64,000 nt of DNA from Antechinus flavipes (lineage: Eukaryota): positions 621,860,001 through 621,924,000 of the forward strand of contig NC_067399.1 in NCBI RefSeq assembly GCF_016432865.1. The letters are read 5' to 3'. A program made the position numbers and the translations under genes. The notes under the pieces were generated by a model. It saw only the letters and a program-made list of their open reading frames with translations, had not been told where the DNA came from and did no database searches. Each line of letters begins with the position of its first letter. Within the stretch, counting starts at the first letter, position 1. Of this stretch, positions 1 through 13,763 are shown piece after piece.

Positions 1-178
1 TTATTCACTAAATTATTGCATTTAAAGACCCAGGCCTCACTCCCAAACTCTACCTGGAATATTTAGAGATCATGTCACATCTTCTGGTTTTGAATTAAGC
101 TTCACAACAATTCCCTCCATTATTTTCTTAATTATGCCTTTAACACTTTTCCTTCTCAAGAACAATGGCACATGTACA

Positions 179-405
179 AAGGCAGCTGGGTAGCACAGTG
201 GATAGAGTGCTGAGGACTCATCTTCATGAGTTCAAATCTAGCTTCAGACACTTCCTACCTGGGCACATCATTTAACCCTGTTTGCTTCAGTTTCCGCACC
301 TGGAAAGTGAGCTGGATAAGCAAAGGGCAGACCCCTCTAGTATATCTGGCAAGAAAATGCCAAATGGGATCACAAAGAGTTGGACATGACTGAACAACAA
401 CAACA
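179..405 (+). mobile_element. Marsupial CORE-SINE with RTE-type tail (Mar1-like)
   Basis: tRNA-like head ggcagctgggtagcacagtggatagag, CORE, tail ending catgactgaacaacaacaac. Confidence 0.7.
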
Positions 406-1629
406 TTAAAGTTGGGGAGAGGGACCCTGCATCGTGGGCCCTATTGTGAGGATATTAGATGGAACAGTAGACAGAGAGTTCTGAGCTCCTGGAGATGGAT
501 CTGATTGACTGGGGAGTTAACACTGCTTTCTATCTCTTCCCTCTTTCCATTCATAAAAATTTCTCTTACCCCAAAGTCATATAGCCCCTTCCTGGGTTGT
601 TGAATCAGAGATCTAGGCTAGACTTCACCTGTGCTCTTTACTGTGTGATCATAGACAACTTACCTTCTCTGATTTCAATTTCATTGTCTATAAACTATTA
701 TGAGACAGTAGCTGTGATTTCATTGCTTTAGAGAGATCCTTCTACACATATATGTCAGTATTCACTCCACAACTTATAGTTTTGGAGAGTTTTTGAGGTT
801 ACTTAGCAGTTAAATGACTTATTCAGAATTACAGTTGCATCTAGATGTTCCTGACTTCCAGGGTAGCCCTAGATGCCTATGACCAGCAGAAGGGAAATCT
901 GATGGCATAGGGTTTATTTTAGAAAGACCTGGTTCAAGTCCCCCTCTGACATAGACTAAGTGACCCTGGGCAAGTCACTAACCACTCCATGTTCCGGCTA
1001 GTTCTCAAAAACAACATGTTTTTAAGTGGGCCAGTCTGCTTTGGTGAACTGGCTTTCCTCACCAAGAGTTTCCCATATTAATGAAATTACAGGTTTTTGG
1101 GGACAAAAAAAAAATCTATAGTACGTACCTGTCTTCTTGGGTTTTTGTGATATTCAAATGAAATATCATTGTATTTCTATGCAGTTATTATTATTGTTGC
1201 TGTCTAAAAGTTATTTTATAAGTTCCAAGTGGAATCATGCAATACCAAATTTTTCCAAGCAATTATAAAGACTAACTCTCCTCAGATAGGAGACATGATA
1301 GAGCAGTGTGAGAATGAAATCTGGCCTAGAATCATGGCATTTGCAGCTAAATACCTGTGTGCCTGCACGTAATAGACACTTTAGTCTATAAGGGATTTTG
1401 TTGATATGGTCCTTTATGTGTGTCTGTTTCCAGCTTTGGGCTCTATGCTCTGGGCAGATGGCTGATCCAGCACTTGGTTTTAATCCAAGATTTCCTTCTC
1501 AGTCAATAAGGTTCCCCATGTAAATTGGGCAGATGGGAACAGATGCTGCCTGTTGCTCCTGAGATCACAGTATCTCTCTCTCTCCAGGTGGTAGGGTTGG
1601 GCATTTGGCAGTCCATATAGTCATAGGGT

Positions 1630-2280
1630 CTGTACTTGGGGTCCCCCTCCTCTTCTCTAGAATATTACCCCGAGGAGAAGGGATGGATCACAGGACCTTT
1701 GGCCAGGTTAAATGCCAAAGGATTGTTTAGGCAGAATTTTAATGGTATATAAATTTTAATGGGGGACTTGGAGCCTATGAGCTCTCACTCAAGTTATGGG
1801 GAGTTGTGTTTAGAGTTAATATGGGGGGGGGGAAGGGACCAAAGGCCTTCATCAAAGCAGGGAGCTGCGGGAGACCAAAAAGGGAAGAAGAAGAAGAAGA
1901 AGAAGGGGTAGCTGCTAGGAAGGGATGAAAAAGGGGCAGCTCTGGGAACTGCAGTCTGGGAGCCCATTCACAAAACTGACTTATTGATAAGACCCTGACC
2001 TATCTAGCCTGTTGTGGGAAAGTGAGGACAGATTTACCAGCTTTGACCAAGATTTGGCTTCTTCATACTTATCCTTCTTCCTCCATTGTAATAAGATTCT
2101 GTTTTAACTAAGAGAAACCAATATATACAATTTACTCGCTTCCCTCCTTGATTTTAGCAATGGGCCTTCCCTGCTTAGCGTAACCAACTCTAAACATGCC
2201 CTTCTGAAGGTAAATTACCTCTTGCAGGCAGGCCTAGACTAGCTCAGCTTCTACTTTTTTCAATTCTCCTCAAGCCCTCA
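1630..2280 (-). mobile_element. Possible degraded LTR-derived sequence
   Basis: Composition, ATTAAA on the minus strand and a (GAA)n tract resemble marsupial LTRs; no convincing TSD. Confidence 0.3.
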
Positions 2281-3764
2281 GTCTAGACTCAGTGTCTTGG
2301 AACCAGGGACAAATCATTTATTTCTTTTAACCCTTTAGGGCCTCTTGTTTATATAGACTTGGTCTATGGGGATCAATAATAAATTCAAATTGGCAATACT
2401 CTGATTTCTGTCTATTTAGTCAACTTCCTATCTGTAAAATGGGAATAATAATAATAATAATAATAATATATATGTATACACAAACACACATATATATTTC
2501 CCTTCAAAGAGCTTTGAGAATCAAATGAAGAAATCTACATGAAATGCTTTGTAAACTTTAAAGTGATATATAAATGTTAGCTTTAATTATTATTAATCAA
2601 TAGAAGCCTCTTCTGTATCAAGCTGGGGTAAGCCATGTGTGTAACTTTGTCCATGTGTATTCATATGTCAAGATCTATAGCTGTGTTCTTGTGCCACTGC
2701 TGTGCCCTGCTGTGGCCAATGTTTGGGGGCTACCTCCAGGGCTGGAAGGCCATGGGGATTGCTGGGGAAAATGTTTTTTTCCCAATGGGAGTACTTTCCT
2801 AAAACAAAACAAAACAAAAAACAAAAAACAAAAAAAAAAACAGTTTCTCTGGATCTGTCTGACCTTGAAATGTTTCCAAGGCAGGGAAGGACTAATGATT
2901 TTATATGGAAAACATAAATGAATGTACACAAAGAGGCACCAGCTAATTGACTACAACCTCAAAGGTAATTTATACTGAACTGAAGTTGTGAGGTTCTAAT
3001 TCCTGCTGTTCTTATATCAAGTTGTTTCTTCCCTTCCTCCCAGATTTTGTTGATTGAATCTCTAATCTCACTTTTGACATTTAAGGGTCTGGGAAAAAAA
3101 TAATAATGGACTTTTAGACAAACATTATCATTTTCTTTGACTCTGCGTTTTCTAATTTCTTTTAACACTTTGTCTCCTCTCCAACACTCATAGAGACACA
3201 CCCAGAGGCAGTACATGAGCCAGGTTATGTAACAGGCTTGGTGTTTGGCCTGCCTCCCTTTTTCTACAGCTTCAGGGTCCCTGGGCTGGACCAGGCAGCC
3301 GGCCAACAGCTTTGGCCTCCTGCCTGGCCAAAGAGCCTAGATCCACTCGCCCAACTGGCCCACAGGGGGTGAACTTAGAAGGGGACAGCTAGACAGGGCA
3401 TCTTCCTGGACACTCCCAAGAGTCAGACAGGAGGAAGTGAATGATAAATGTGGACAGCTACAGCTCTTTTCCAGGTCTTCCATGGGATGCTTCTGTTTAC
3501 TTTGAATCGACCAGCAAGCCCTTATTAATCGCCTCCTAGATGCCAGTCACTTGGTACACAAATACAGTGGGATACCTTCTACCAAGAGGAGCAAGTATAA
3601 GGAGATAAGGCTCTCGCCTTGCATCCAGGTGCCTGGGAGCTAAGAACGGTCTTAATTGTCTCCTGTGCAATTACATCCGAACACAGCTACCCCCACACCT
3701 GCACCACACAAATGGAGCCGTAGACACTCACAGGGAGCCACACACACACACAGGACTTGCTCAC

Positions 3765-4125
3765 CATCGTGGGAAAGGGACCGAGGGCCACCTCAGCTTC
3801 TCAAGGTCCGTCATCCGCCCACCCAGGAGCATCTCTTAAGTCCCTCCATTGTCTCTCCCCGCCCCTGCCCCAACTAGCCCCTTCAGCATCCAGGTGCCAC
3901 CTGCTGCAGTTCCCAATCCGAGGGACCCTCGGGGTCCGAGATCCCCGATCAGTCCCTCAGCACCATCCCCTTCCACTGCTGAGGCCCGAATCCCTGACCC
4001 CAGCCCGAGAACCTCTATTCCCCAAAGACTCTCCCTCCTGCTGTCCCCTCTCCCCTTCCCTCCAGCCCCGTCCCCATCCCCGGCGAGGAGGGGGAGGAGC
4101 TGGGCCCCAGGAATGAATGTCAGGG
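3765..4125 (-). CDS. PARP6: Probable PARP6 exon 2: 5'UTR ending in the initiator ATG (3767-3765) directly at the donor
   Basis: Acceptor ctcactctccacccctcccccag; ends cccacgATG|gtgagc; in-frame TGA 11 codons upstream. Human PARP6 is recalled to have an ATG-only first coding exon. The next exon (DIKGQFW) was not found in 1-3760, so identity rests on synteny. Confidence 0.5.
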
Positions 4126-4405
4126 CTGGGGGAGGGGTGGAGAGTGAGCGGGGGAGAGGGAATATGTGGGGGCGCAGTTTGACGCAGGAGACATTTCGCT
4201 TTGTGGACTCGGGGACTCAAACAGCCAAGCGAAGACCCCTCCCCTCTTAGAACACTGGGGTACCAGCCAATGGAGGAGCTGGGGCGGGGCCACAACCACA
4301 CCCACCTGTAGCCAGTCACCCTGTCTTCCCTCCCCAGGTCCATCCTCTCCCCCTTTCCCTGGGTGTCTGGTGGTCGCGCCCCTTCCCCGACGAGCCCAGA
4401 CTTAC

Positions 4406-4560
4406 CTACCAGGGAGATCCTCTCAGGAGCTGGCTTGGGGTTGAGCCGGAGTGGAGGACGGGGCACTACTACCTGGAAAGCTGCTGCTGCTGCAGGGGCG
4501 AAGGCAGAGGGGAGCAGAGGGGAGAGCTCTACGTCGTGGCCGTGGGCAGGGCTAAGTGGA
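4406..4560 (-). other. PARP6: Non-coding first exon of a minus-strand gene, probably PARP6 (5' boundary approximate)
   Basis: GC/CpG-rich; strong donor TAG|GTAAGT at 4406/4405; no ATG; expected position of PARP6 relative to HEXA. Confidence 0.5.
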
Positions 4561-5084
4561 GGCGGGGAAGGGGGGGCTACACCCTAGTGGACACCCTCAG
4601 TGTCCACCTCGAATTATCCGAACACGACACCTCTTCTGAGCAAGCCTCTCACCTCCCCTGCGTCTCTTCAGCTCCTGATAGCTCTAGAGCATCCCCTTCT
4701 TACTCATGGGTATCCCGTGTCTTCCGAGTAGCCTCTCCACCCCCATTCCCTTAATTCCCAACCTTTCACCTTTCGGAGCTCTCCCTCACCCTCCAGAGAA
4801 CCTCCTCCCTCCCTAGGGTGTTCTCACCTCTTGTCTCCCAGGGCCCTTCCCGCACCCTTCAGCATCAGCACCCTTCACTCCCTCCTAGCCCCTTTCTTTT
4901 CCATACTCATTTTTAATCCCTCCCTACATCTCTTTTTCCCCTCATTTTTGAGGCCTTCTTCCCGACATGCTCCTTTCTCTGACAGCTTCAGACGCTGGCA
5001 AATGGAGTGGTGAGGGGGGAGGGGATCAGCTTTGAAGCTCTCCAACGTTCAGTCCCCACTTCTGCAGTGAGACAGAGACACAGA

Positions 5085-5170
5085 CAGAGACAGCAGGAAA
5101 GACAGAAACAGAGAGACACACACATACAGAGAGACAGAGACAGACACACAGAGATACAGAGACAGAGATT
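5085..5170. repeat. (GA/CAGA)n compound microsatellite upstream of the putative PARP6 promoter
   Basis: Direct read. Confidence 0.85.
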
Positions 5171-6759
5171 TGAGAAGAGATATCTTGTGACTTCAGATTG
5201 TCTGCCAAGAGACCCTAAAACATGGTCGGAGAGAAAAGGGTGAACTCCATGCTTTCATGGACACCATCAAAATTCAACTGTCTTTTTTTTTTTTTTTAAT
5301 TCAGTCTTGTAATTGGACTTTGGACTCAAAACCTGGCACCTGTGGCCACAGCCTTTTCAAAAGAGGCAAAGCAAAGACCTAATTTCAACCCAATATTTTA
5401 TTAAATACCTAGAGGCTACTGTACTGTGTCCAGTACCAAAGACAGAAAGATACAATCTTTGTCCTAGAGGAGTTTACAATCTGCTGGTGGGAGGGGAGGG
5501 AGAATTTGTATTCATAGATGAGCAATAGCTATGCTTATCTGTGTGTGATAAGTGATAGTGGTGGGAACAAAAAAGAAATGCAAGAAAAATGTTGCAGGAA
5601 GATTTGAGAAGGGAAAAGATAGTTTCATTGGGAAGAATCTGGGAGGAATGGAGGTCTGCAGGATCAAGGAAATACCTAGCTAATTTCTGCCAACTCCTTA
5701 AATTCTCCTTGCTAAATTCAACTTTCCTGGGATATCTCCTGTGACTAAATGAGCATACAGACAGGAAAGTGCTTCATCTTTTGTGGTTCTCCTTTCTTCT
5801 CTCAGAACTCCAGACTTCACATCATGGGAAACTTCTAGTCTTGATGTTTTGGAAAGATCTGCCAGATTTTCTCTTCTCTTCATAGTGAAATCTTAACTTT
5901 GCTGAGTCTCATTATCCTCAACTGTACCTCAATCTCAGAAAAAATATGAGATGTGTATTCTAATTTGTAAAACTAGTAATGTAAAAATGTACATATATAC
6001 AATTAAACATATTTTTTCCCCCAGTTCCTTGGGCTTTTTCAGGCTTCAGAGATAGCATGGTTATCAAAACATTCCTTTTCTAACTTGTCAGGACCAATAA
6101 GTAGAAAAATCTGCTTTCCTGGGGCCAAATTCAGAAACTTTTAAAAAGTTCAAAAGAAAAATGGTGCCGAGAAACTAAGATTAAAAAAAAAAAAAAGCAA
6201 AACAAACCGAAAAAATTAAACTACTATACTAGGAGAAATTATTGAAAGCTCAGCCCTGAATCAATTCCTTCCCCCCCCCCCCTATTTTACAAATGAGGTC
6301 ACCTACAGTGACATGCCTAAAGTCAAATCTGATTCCAAGCCAGCAAGATTGCCAATAGGCCATATGGTCATCTATCCTGATTAGGTCATTTTATTGTCAA
6401 ATGAGGTAATGAAAAAAGCACATAGGATAGGATATTCCCTTTGCTTCTCCCCTTTCTGATCCCAGAGCTATTTGACATTAGCTTTCAGTCAGTCAGGGTA
6501 ATGACCATAGAGTTGTTATATCTTTGATCCCTCCTGGATATTTCTGTGGTTGGTAAAAAGTCTTTCTTTTGCTCTGATTTGCTTCTATATTTTCCAATTT
6601 GTTTTTAGCTTTTCTGTAGGGAATCACTTCCCATCCCCAGCCAGAAGCAAATTCTCCTCTTTTCCTATTTCAAACTCTTGCTTTCTTTTGACTGCTAACT
6701 GAGTTCCTGTTTCCTGTCTGAGGGACACTTCCAACTCTCAGCTAATTTTCTCAGGATCA

Positions 6760-7390
6760 TGAAAACTCAGACTAGAAAAGATCTCCAAAGCCACACTTGA
6801 ACAAGAATGTCTTTTACAGCATGTCAACAACCTAGGTCACGTTGCTTCTCTAGAGAACGTTTGAAGAGAAGACACCCACTATCCCCAGAAGGATGTCATT
6901 CCACTTTGAGGCAGTTACAATTACATTTATTTCTACAATTTTAACTTATTCCTAGTTTTGTCTCCAAGGGCCAAGTAGAACAAGCTGTATCCTTCAAATA
7001 TTTAAACACCTTTCTTCAAGTTTTCTTTAAGTTAAGTATTCCCAGGGCTTTCCATTGTTCCTTGTATGACATGGTTTTCACTTCCTTTATCTATTGGTCA
7101 CGTCTTCTGGGATATGTTCTATGTGATTAATATCCTTCCTATCATATCATTGCCTCTCCATTTCTTACCAACTAACATAGCATGGCTACCACCCTTCTCA
7201 CTTTGCACAACTGACTTCTCAAACCAGTCTAGGATAGTAATAGCTTTTTGGATTGTTTTCTGTTATGTTGAGCTTGTTATAGTCCATTAAAACCGAATAA
7301 AGTTGTCTAACCATACCTCCCATCACCTGTATTTAGAAAATTGATTATTTGAGCTCAAGCATGGGACTTTACATTTATCCTGATTAAAAT
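6760..7390 (-). mobile_element. Ancient CR1/L3 LINE fragment
   Basis: Degenerate CR1-like 3' ORF2 text (ccttcaaatatttaa, aagttaagtattcccag); bounds approximate. Confidence 0.45.
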
Positions 7391-7399
7391 TCTTTTTAA

Positions 7400-8620
7400 A
7401 TTAGAGGGTTTTTATTAACAATTTTATTTTCTCTTCCTCCTATCTCTCATTCCATTGGGAAAAGAAAAAAGAAAAGCAAACTGCTGTAACAAAAAACAAA
7501 TTCCCTTATTGGCCATGCAAAAAAGTATATACATGTGTGTACATACATAGGATATTTATGTAAACACAGCTTTGTGTCTATACATAAATATACACATAGA
7601 TTTTTATATATATATATATAATATGCATACATATGTGTATGTATTTACAAACTGAATCTATCACCTTTTAGGTGATAGCATATTTCAATATCAGTCCTTT
7701 GGAATCATTGATGGTTATTGCATTGATTATAGTGTTATGCCACAGTTCTCAGTTTCCCTAATTATCCTGACCCAGTCATGACTCAGTTTCCCTGCTTTTT
7801 TGTCTTGCAAAACCTCCTCTTCCACTTTATCAGAATATTTGATAAGTACAGAATATCCGAATGCCTCTCCCCATCTCCAGCTATCAGAATGTCAGATACC
7901 ATCTTATCAAGATGCCTTTCCCCATCTCGGGGTGCCTCTCCCCATTATGTCATCTCCTTTTCTGGAGGCTCACCCCACCCTATCAGAATCCTGTTCCCGA
8001 TCTCAGCACCCTGACTCCGCCCCTGCCTCCCTCTATCTGAGCCATATGTATATAGGTCATTGAGAACTCTGATTGTTGGCTGGATTCTTGGAGATGACAG
8101 TCTCATTCAGCCCTGGGACCAAACCATGGATCCATCTCATCCCAGCATATCTCTCCATTTAATAAATTATTAAATACTCTCTAATCTCTATCTTGCTCAG
8201 TTTCTCCAGCATTACAATAGTTCAAACTTTCAAAATTGTCTTCGTAGTATTGTTGTTATTGCATAAATTGTTCTCTTGATTCTGCTCATTTCATTCTTCA
8301 TCATGTTGTAAAAGTCTTCAAAATTATTTATTTTTATAATTATGATGTTATATATTGGTTCTGCATATTTTATTCTGTATCAATTTATACAAGTTTTTTT
8401 GTGATTAAAGTAAATATTTCCTTTTTCCTTACATAACAAAACTATTTCATGATATTCACATACTACAATTTCCTAAGTCATTCTCCAACTGGTGGGTATC
8501 ATTTTAATTTTTATATTTTTGACATCACAAAACAAGCTGCTATAAATATTTTTGGATATATAGACTTTTTCTTCTTTCTTTGAACTTTTTTTTTTTTCAG
8601 GGCATAGGTTCAGCAGTAGT
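7400..8620 (-). mobile_element. Old L1 3' fragment interrupted by a solo LTR
   Basis: L1 3'UTR-like text continues across 7732/8217. Confidence 0.65.
7733..8216 (+). mobile_element. Solo ERV LTR, 484 bp (4-bp TSD suggests ERV1 class)
   Basis: TG...CA termini; TSD ATAG at 7729-7732 and 8217-8220; repeated U3 motifs tatcagaat and gcctctccccat; GC box, TATA-like gtatata, AATAAA at 8161. Confidence 0.85.
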
Positions 8621-11600
8621 TTAGCTCTATCCTTATTACATTTCTTCATATTCGGTTTGGCCCCTCATTATTGCTTGGTCTTCTACCCAAATTACTGATT
8701 AAATATATTTACAGCATAGGGCTAGGGACTTATCTGTGGCACTCCAAGTCAACATTGACCCAGCAAAGACTTCCTTTGGTCCAATCATTCAATCAGTTTA
8801 AATTCCACACAATTGTACTATCATATAGGCGTAGTATTCCATCTGTCCACAAAGATAGCATGAGTTGTTTTTTTTTTTTTTTTAAACAGAAATCAGAGGA
8901 CCATTTAGAGATCATTTGGACATCAGAAATCATCTGTTCATTAATAGATGAATAAAGTGAGGATCATGTTATTTTAGTTACTTACCCAAACTAACAAACA
9001 GTAAGTAGAAGGAACAAGATTCAAACTCGAGTTTTGTGTCTTTTTATCTAGCACCATATGATTGACATCTTCTGAGTCCAATAATTGACCAAGTCCAAAG
9101 GCTGAAATTCTAACCCTAATTCTATTTTTGCCATTACTCCAGATTCTCATGAAAATTTCAACAATCCTGCATTTCTAGGGGAGGAATGGAATTTTTCCTA
9201 AATCATATCATTACATTTAAAATGATAGATCCCTAGGCTGGAGTGTAGGTATTTAGCCTTCTCTTCTGTTTGAAGAGAATGATTTACTTTGTGGTCTCCT
9301 GCTGTCATCATCAGTACTTCACTAAAGATATAGAAATCATAGGGCTAGAAGGGGAGGACATCTAATCCAAACCTCTCATTTGACAGCCACCCCCGTGGGG
9401 AGAGAGGAGTGTCATTTAAGTCCAAAATTCTTATCTGACAGTTAAGAAACGAAGCCTAGACAAATGAATTTAACCTAAAATCTCTCTTAGCTAGTAAATA
9501 ACTGAGGGAGAAATTGAATCCAGATCCTTTGAATTCAGATCCAGTGGTATTTCTGTTTATAACAGCGATTCTCAATTTCTTTCCTCCCCATATAATATTT
9601 GTCACAAACATTTGGGGCAGAAGAGTTCAGAGACTTGGGCATAAGGACATAATTAAAAGCATAAATTCCATACCATTCAGGGTATGTCTAGTGGGAAACA
9701 CTCTGTGAGAGCTGCTACCTTCATCATGAAGTGCCAGGATGAGGGATTAGGTACTTTGCGGAGGTAGTGCCTTTTGAAAACAAAGGAAGATTGCTCAAAT
9801 TGTTTCCTTGCCTTTCTCTCCCCCATCCTCCATCCCAAATCTCCTCCTTCCCATTCAGGTATCATGCTCATTACTCATTTCCTCCTCCATAACATTACTC
9901 ATAATGTCGGTTGCCCTCCTCCACTCCAGTGCATTTTCCACCATCTCTATTCCAAATTCTATTCATTCTTCAAGGGCCAACTCAGATCTACCTCCCCCAT
10001 ACTGTCATCCTACACCATTCCTTCCTATAGGGATCTCTTCCTTCTAGCAGCTCTTATTGTACAAAATGCATTTAGTGATTTGCTTGTCATTTACTGAATA
10101 ATTCAATAGTCAAAAAGAGCTAGTAAAGGTGTTGTCTCCATTAAACCAGATTGTGATTCCTTCATGCCTTTAGTAAATGATCTTGGGAAAAATTTGTCAC
10201 CTGGTGGCCAGCCTTCTCCTTTTGAATTTGTTTGTCATCAGGTGACAAGTGTATGCAGTCCATTAATGGGCCTGTACTCAAAGCCTTTCCAGCCTTGTAG
10301 GACCTTCTAGAGCTTAGAGAGCCTTCAAGAGCCCAGGGTCATCTCTATTCCACGAAAAGACATCATAGGAGGACTTTTAATAGAGGTATTTACTCCATAT
10401 TTGTAGGTAGGCATAGGAAATAGGAATTAGGTCTGTGATTTCAATGATAACCAGAACTGATCTTTGAGGGAACTACCTTTATCAATTCAGGTGACCACTT
10501 ACTTTTTTTTTGCAATTTGTAGCCAAAGAAGGTTTGCCTAGAGCATTGAGAGATTAAGTGGCTCCCCGTGATACACACTCAGAGCTCACACGCTAGAGCT
10601 TCTTGATTTTCAGGCTGGCTCTACTGCTAAAAACTGCTATTTCTCTCATATTCATACTATATCTTCCCAACTAGGCTGTGTTCATCTGGAAGGTGAAGAC
10701 CTTTTTTCTGTCTCCTCCACAGGGTAGCCAATCTAGAAAGAATAAGCAAAAACACAACGACTGCTCCAGGAAGGGAATCCCCCATGGAAAGGTCTTGCTC
10801 GAAAAGCAGGGATTTTCTTTTTACCCCCAAGATCAGAGGCTGGAAGCTCTGATTTGGAAATAGAAGGTTCAGATGCTTATGCACCTCCCCTTTCCTCCTT
10901 GAGGTCCCCAGATGCCCACAGCTGGGGTTTTGCTATATATTGCTAAGGAGGGAACTGGAGGTCCATATTTTCCCATAATGAGGATTGTAGGGATCTGGGA
11001 TTTAGGAGGCAGAGGAATGGATACATTCATGCATACACTAATTCATGGGTGCTCACTGCTAAATGTTTAACATCTTTGCATTGATGGAATCTAGTCTAGG
11101 ACACAGCTCCCTTCTATTTCCAGTCAAACATGAAAAGAGTCGGGGGGGGGGGTAATACCATCTGTGAAAATTGGGTTTTTGGGGGGATAGGGATAGCAGG
11201 AGATTGTCAAACACAAGCAGAAAAGTCCTCCTTTTACTATCTAATTCTCATTTTGAGAAGTGAGAGACAGAGAGAAATCTAGGGACTAAGACAAAAAAGA
11301 AAAATGAACAGAGGTGGATAAGGGTGAAGAGGAGGAAATACAGGGAAAGACAGAGACCGACACAGACATAGGAAAAAGAGAGATAAAGACCATAAGAGAA
11401 AAGGACAATCTATTTAACCTGGCCATCCTAAAGCAAGGAAAAGGCATGAGGCCCAAAGCAAAGACTGGAAGACCACTTGGTAAGGATGTTAAAAAAGGCA
11501 CCTTTGGGTATGGGCTGGCCTGGTCTGGCACCCCTTTAATCTCAAGAATTCTATACTTGGCTCTAGGGGACAATAAATGTCCTCCTGGCTTCCTGATCTT

Positions 11601-11627
11601 TATCCTCCTCCAGCCTCAAGCACAAGC

Positions 11628-12760
11628 TTGATTAATCAATAAGCATTTATTAAATGCCTACTGATGTGACAGGCAATGTGCTAAGTGATGGGTTTCAAAT
11701 AGAATTCTGGGTCTAGAGTTAGGAAGATCAGAGTTCAAATCCAGCCTCAGATACTTATTATTTGATCCTGGGCATGTCACTTAACTCTGTCTGCCTCAGT
11801 TTCCTCAACTGCAAATAAGGAAAATCCCCCTCATAAGGTTGTTGTTAGGATAAAATGAGATAATATTTATAAAGTGCTTAGAACAATGCTTGATACGTAG
11901 TGTTTAAAAGCATTTATTCCCTTCTACCTGCCTACACTCACAGAGCTTACATTCTAATGGAAGAGACAAAAATACACATATAAGTAAATAGTGAATAAAT
12001 AGAAACATATAAGATAGGGAGGAAGACATCTGCAGTTGGAGGAATCAAAAAAAAGCTTAACTACTGAATATGGTGCTAGAACAGCTTTTTAGAGAAAGAG
12101 ACGAATTTAATGAGGTAAAGGCAAGGAGAGACTGAATTCCAGAAATGAAGGGGTCACAAGGACAAGGAGACTGGAGATCGTATGTGTTAAATAAGGGACA
12201 GAAAAGGTCAGTATATCTAGATCAAAGTATGGAGAGAGGAATAATGGAGAAGAAGATCAGAAAGTTAGTTTGAAGTCTGGTTGTAAAGTCAACTTTACAG
12301 CTTTAAAAGTCAAACAAAGAAGTTTATATATAACCCTAGAGACAATAAGGAGTTACAAGAATTGAGCTGGGGAGGGATATGGTCAGATCTAGCTTGCATT
12401 CGGTGTATGAAGGAAGCATTGGAATGATGAGAGGCTGGAGGTAGGAAACTAAGCAGCGATTTGCTGCCATTATTCAGGAGAGAGATGATAAGGGCCTGAG
12501 CCTGAGTCAAGGCTATGTGAGCAGAGAGAGTAAGTTGGATCAGAGAGATATTGAAGATAGAAATGGCAAGATGTGGGAACTGATTGGATATTTGCAGTGA
12601 AGGAGAGTATTAAGATAAAACGAGGAGACTTTAAGAATGGTGATGTCTTTGAAATAGGGAAATTTGGAAGAGTTTTAGACAAGTTGAATTTATGCTGTCT
12701 CTGGGACATCTAGACTGAAATCTCCAAGGACATCTGGTGCTTCAGGACTGAAGTTCAGAG
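11628..12760. mobile_element. L2 fragments with an embedded MIR
   Basis: L2 3' end (aagcatttattaaatgcctact) and MIR core (gagttcaaatccagcctcag); bounds approximate. Confidence 0.6.
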
Positions 12761-12947
12761 AGGATATAGGGAAGGAAGGTTTGGAATAATTTGTGGGGCA
12801 GAGTGAGAGAGAATCTCCCATTAGGGAGAAAAGGGATAAAATAGGATAAACTCTACTGTTTGGCTCTAAAGCCCTTCACAACATGGTCCCAACCTCTGTT
12901 TTTTGGATCATTCTATATTTTCCTTTTCTCACATACCTTTTCTCACT

Positions 12948-13763
12948 TTCTTTCTTTCTTTCTTTTTTTTTTTGAATGTACAATATTCTCTCTCTATTTT
13001 TTAAAAAAATAACTTTTTATTGATAGAACCCATGCCAGGGTAATTTTTTACAGCATTATCCCTTGCACTCACTTCTGTTCCGATTTTTCCCCTCCCTCCC
13101 TCCACCCCCTCTCCCAGATGGCAAGCAGTCCTTTACATGTTGAATAGGTTACAGTATATCCTAGATACAATATATGCATGCAGAACCGAACAGTTCTCTT
13201 GTTGCACAGGGAGAATTGGATTCAGAAGGTAGAAATAACCCGGGAAAAAAACAAAAATGCAAGCAGTTTATATTCATTTCCCAGTGTTCTTTCTTTGGGT
13301 GTAGCTGCTTCTGTCCATCCTTGATCAAATGAAACTGAATTAGCTCTCTTTATCGAAGAGATCCACTTCCATCAGAATACATCTTCAAACAGTATCATTG
13401 TTGAGGTCCTGGTTGATCTCCTGGTTCTGCTCATTTCACGTAGCATCAGTTCATGTAAGTCTCTCCAAGCCTCTCTGTATTCATCCTGCTGGTCATTCCT
13501 TACAGAACAATAATATTCCCATAACATTCATATACCACAATTTACGCAATCATTCTCCAATTGATGGGCATCCATTCATTTTCCAGCTTCTAGCCACTAC
13601 AAACAGGGCTGCCACAAACATTTTGGCACATACAGGTCCCTTTCCCTTCTTTAGTATCTCTTTGGGGGATAAGCTCAGTGGAAGCACTGCTGGATCAAAG
13701 GGTATACACAGTTTGATAACTTTTTGAGCTTAGTTCCAAATTGCTGTTCAGAATGGCTGGATG
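12948..13763 (-). mobile_element. Young 5'-truncated L1 (dasyurid-type 3' end) with poly(A) and TSD TCTCACT
   Basis: TSD at 12941-12947 and 13764-13770; poly-T tract on +; low-divergence L1 3'UTR and ORF2 end. Confidence 0.88.

Noticed and set aside
3757-4754. Cluster of Pro/Gly-rich ORFs on both strands
   Set aside because: Typical stop-poor frames of a GC-rich promoter and 5'UTR; no homology recognised.
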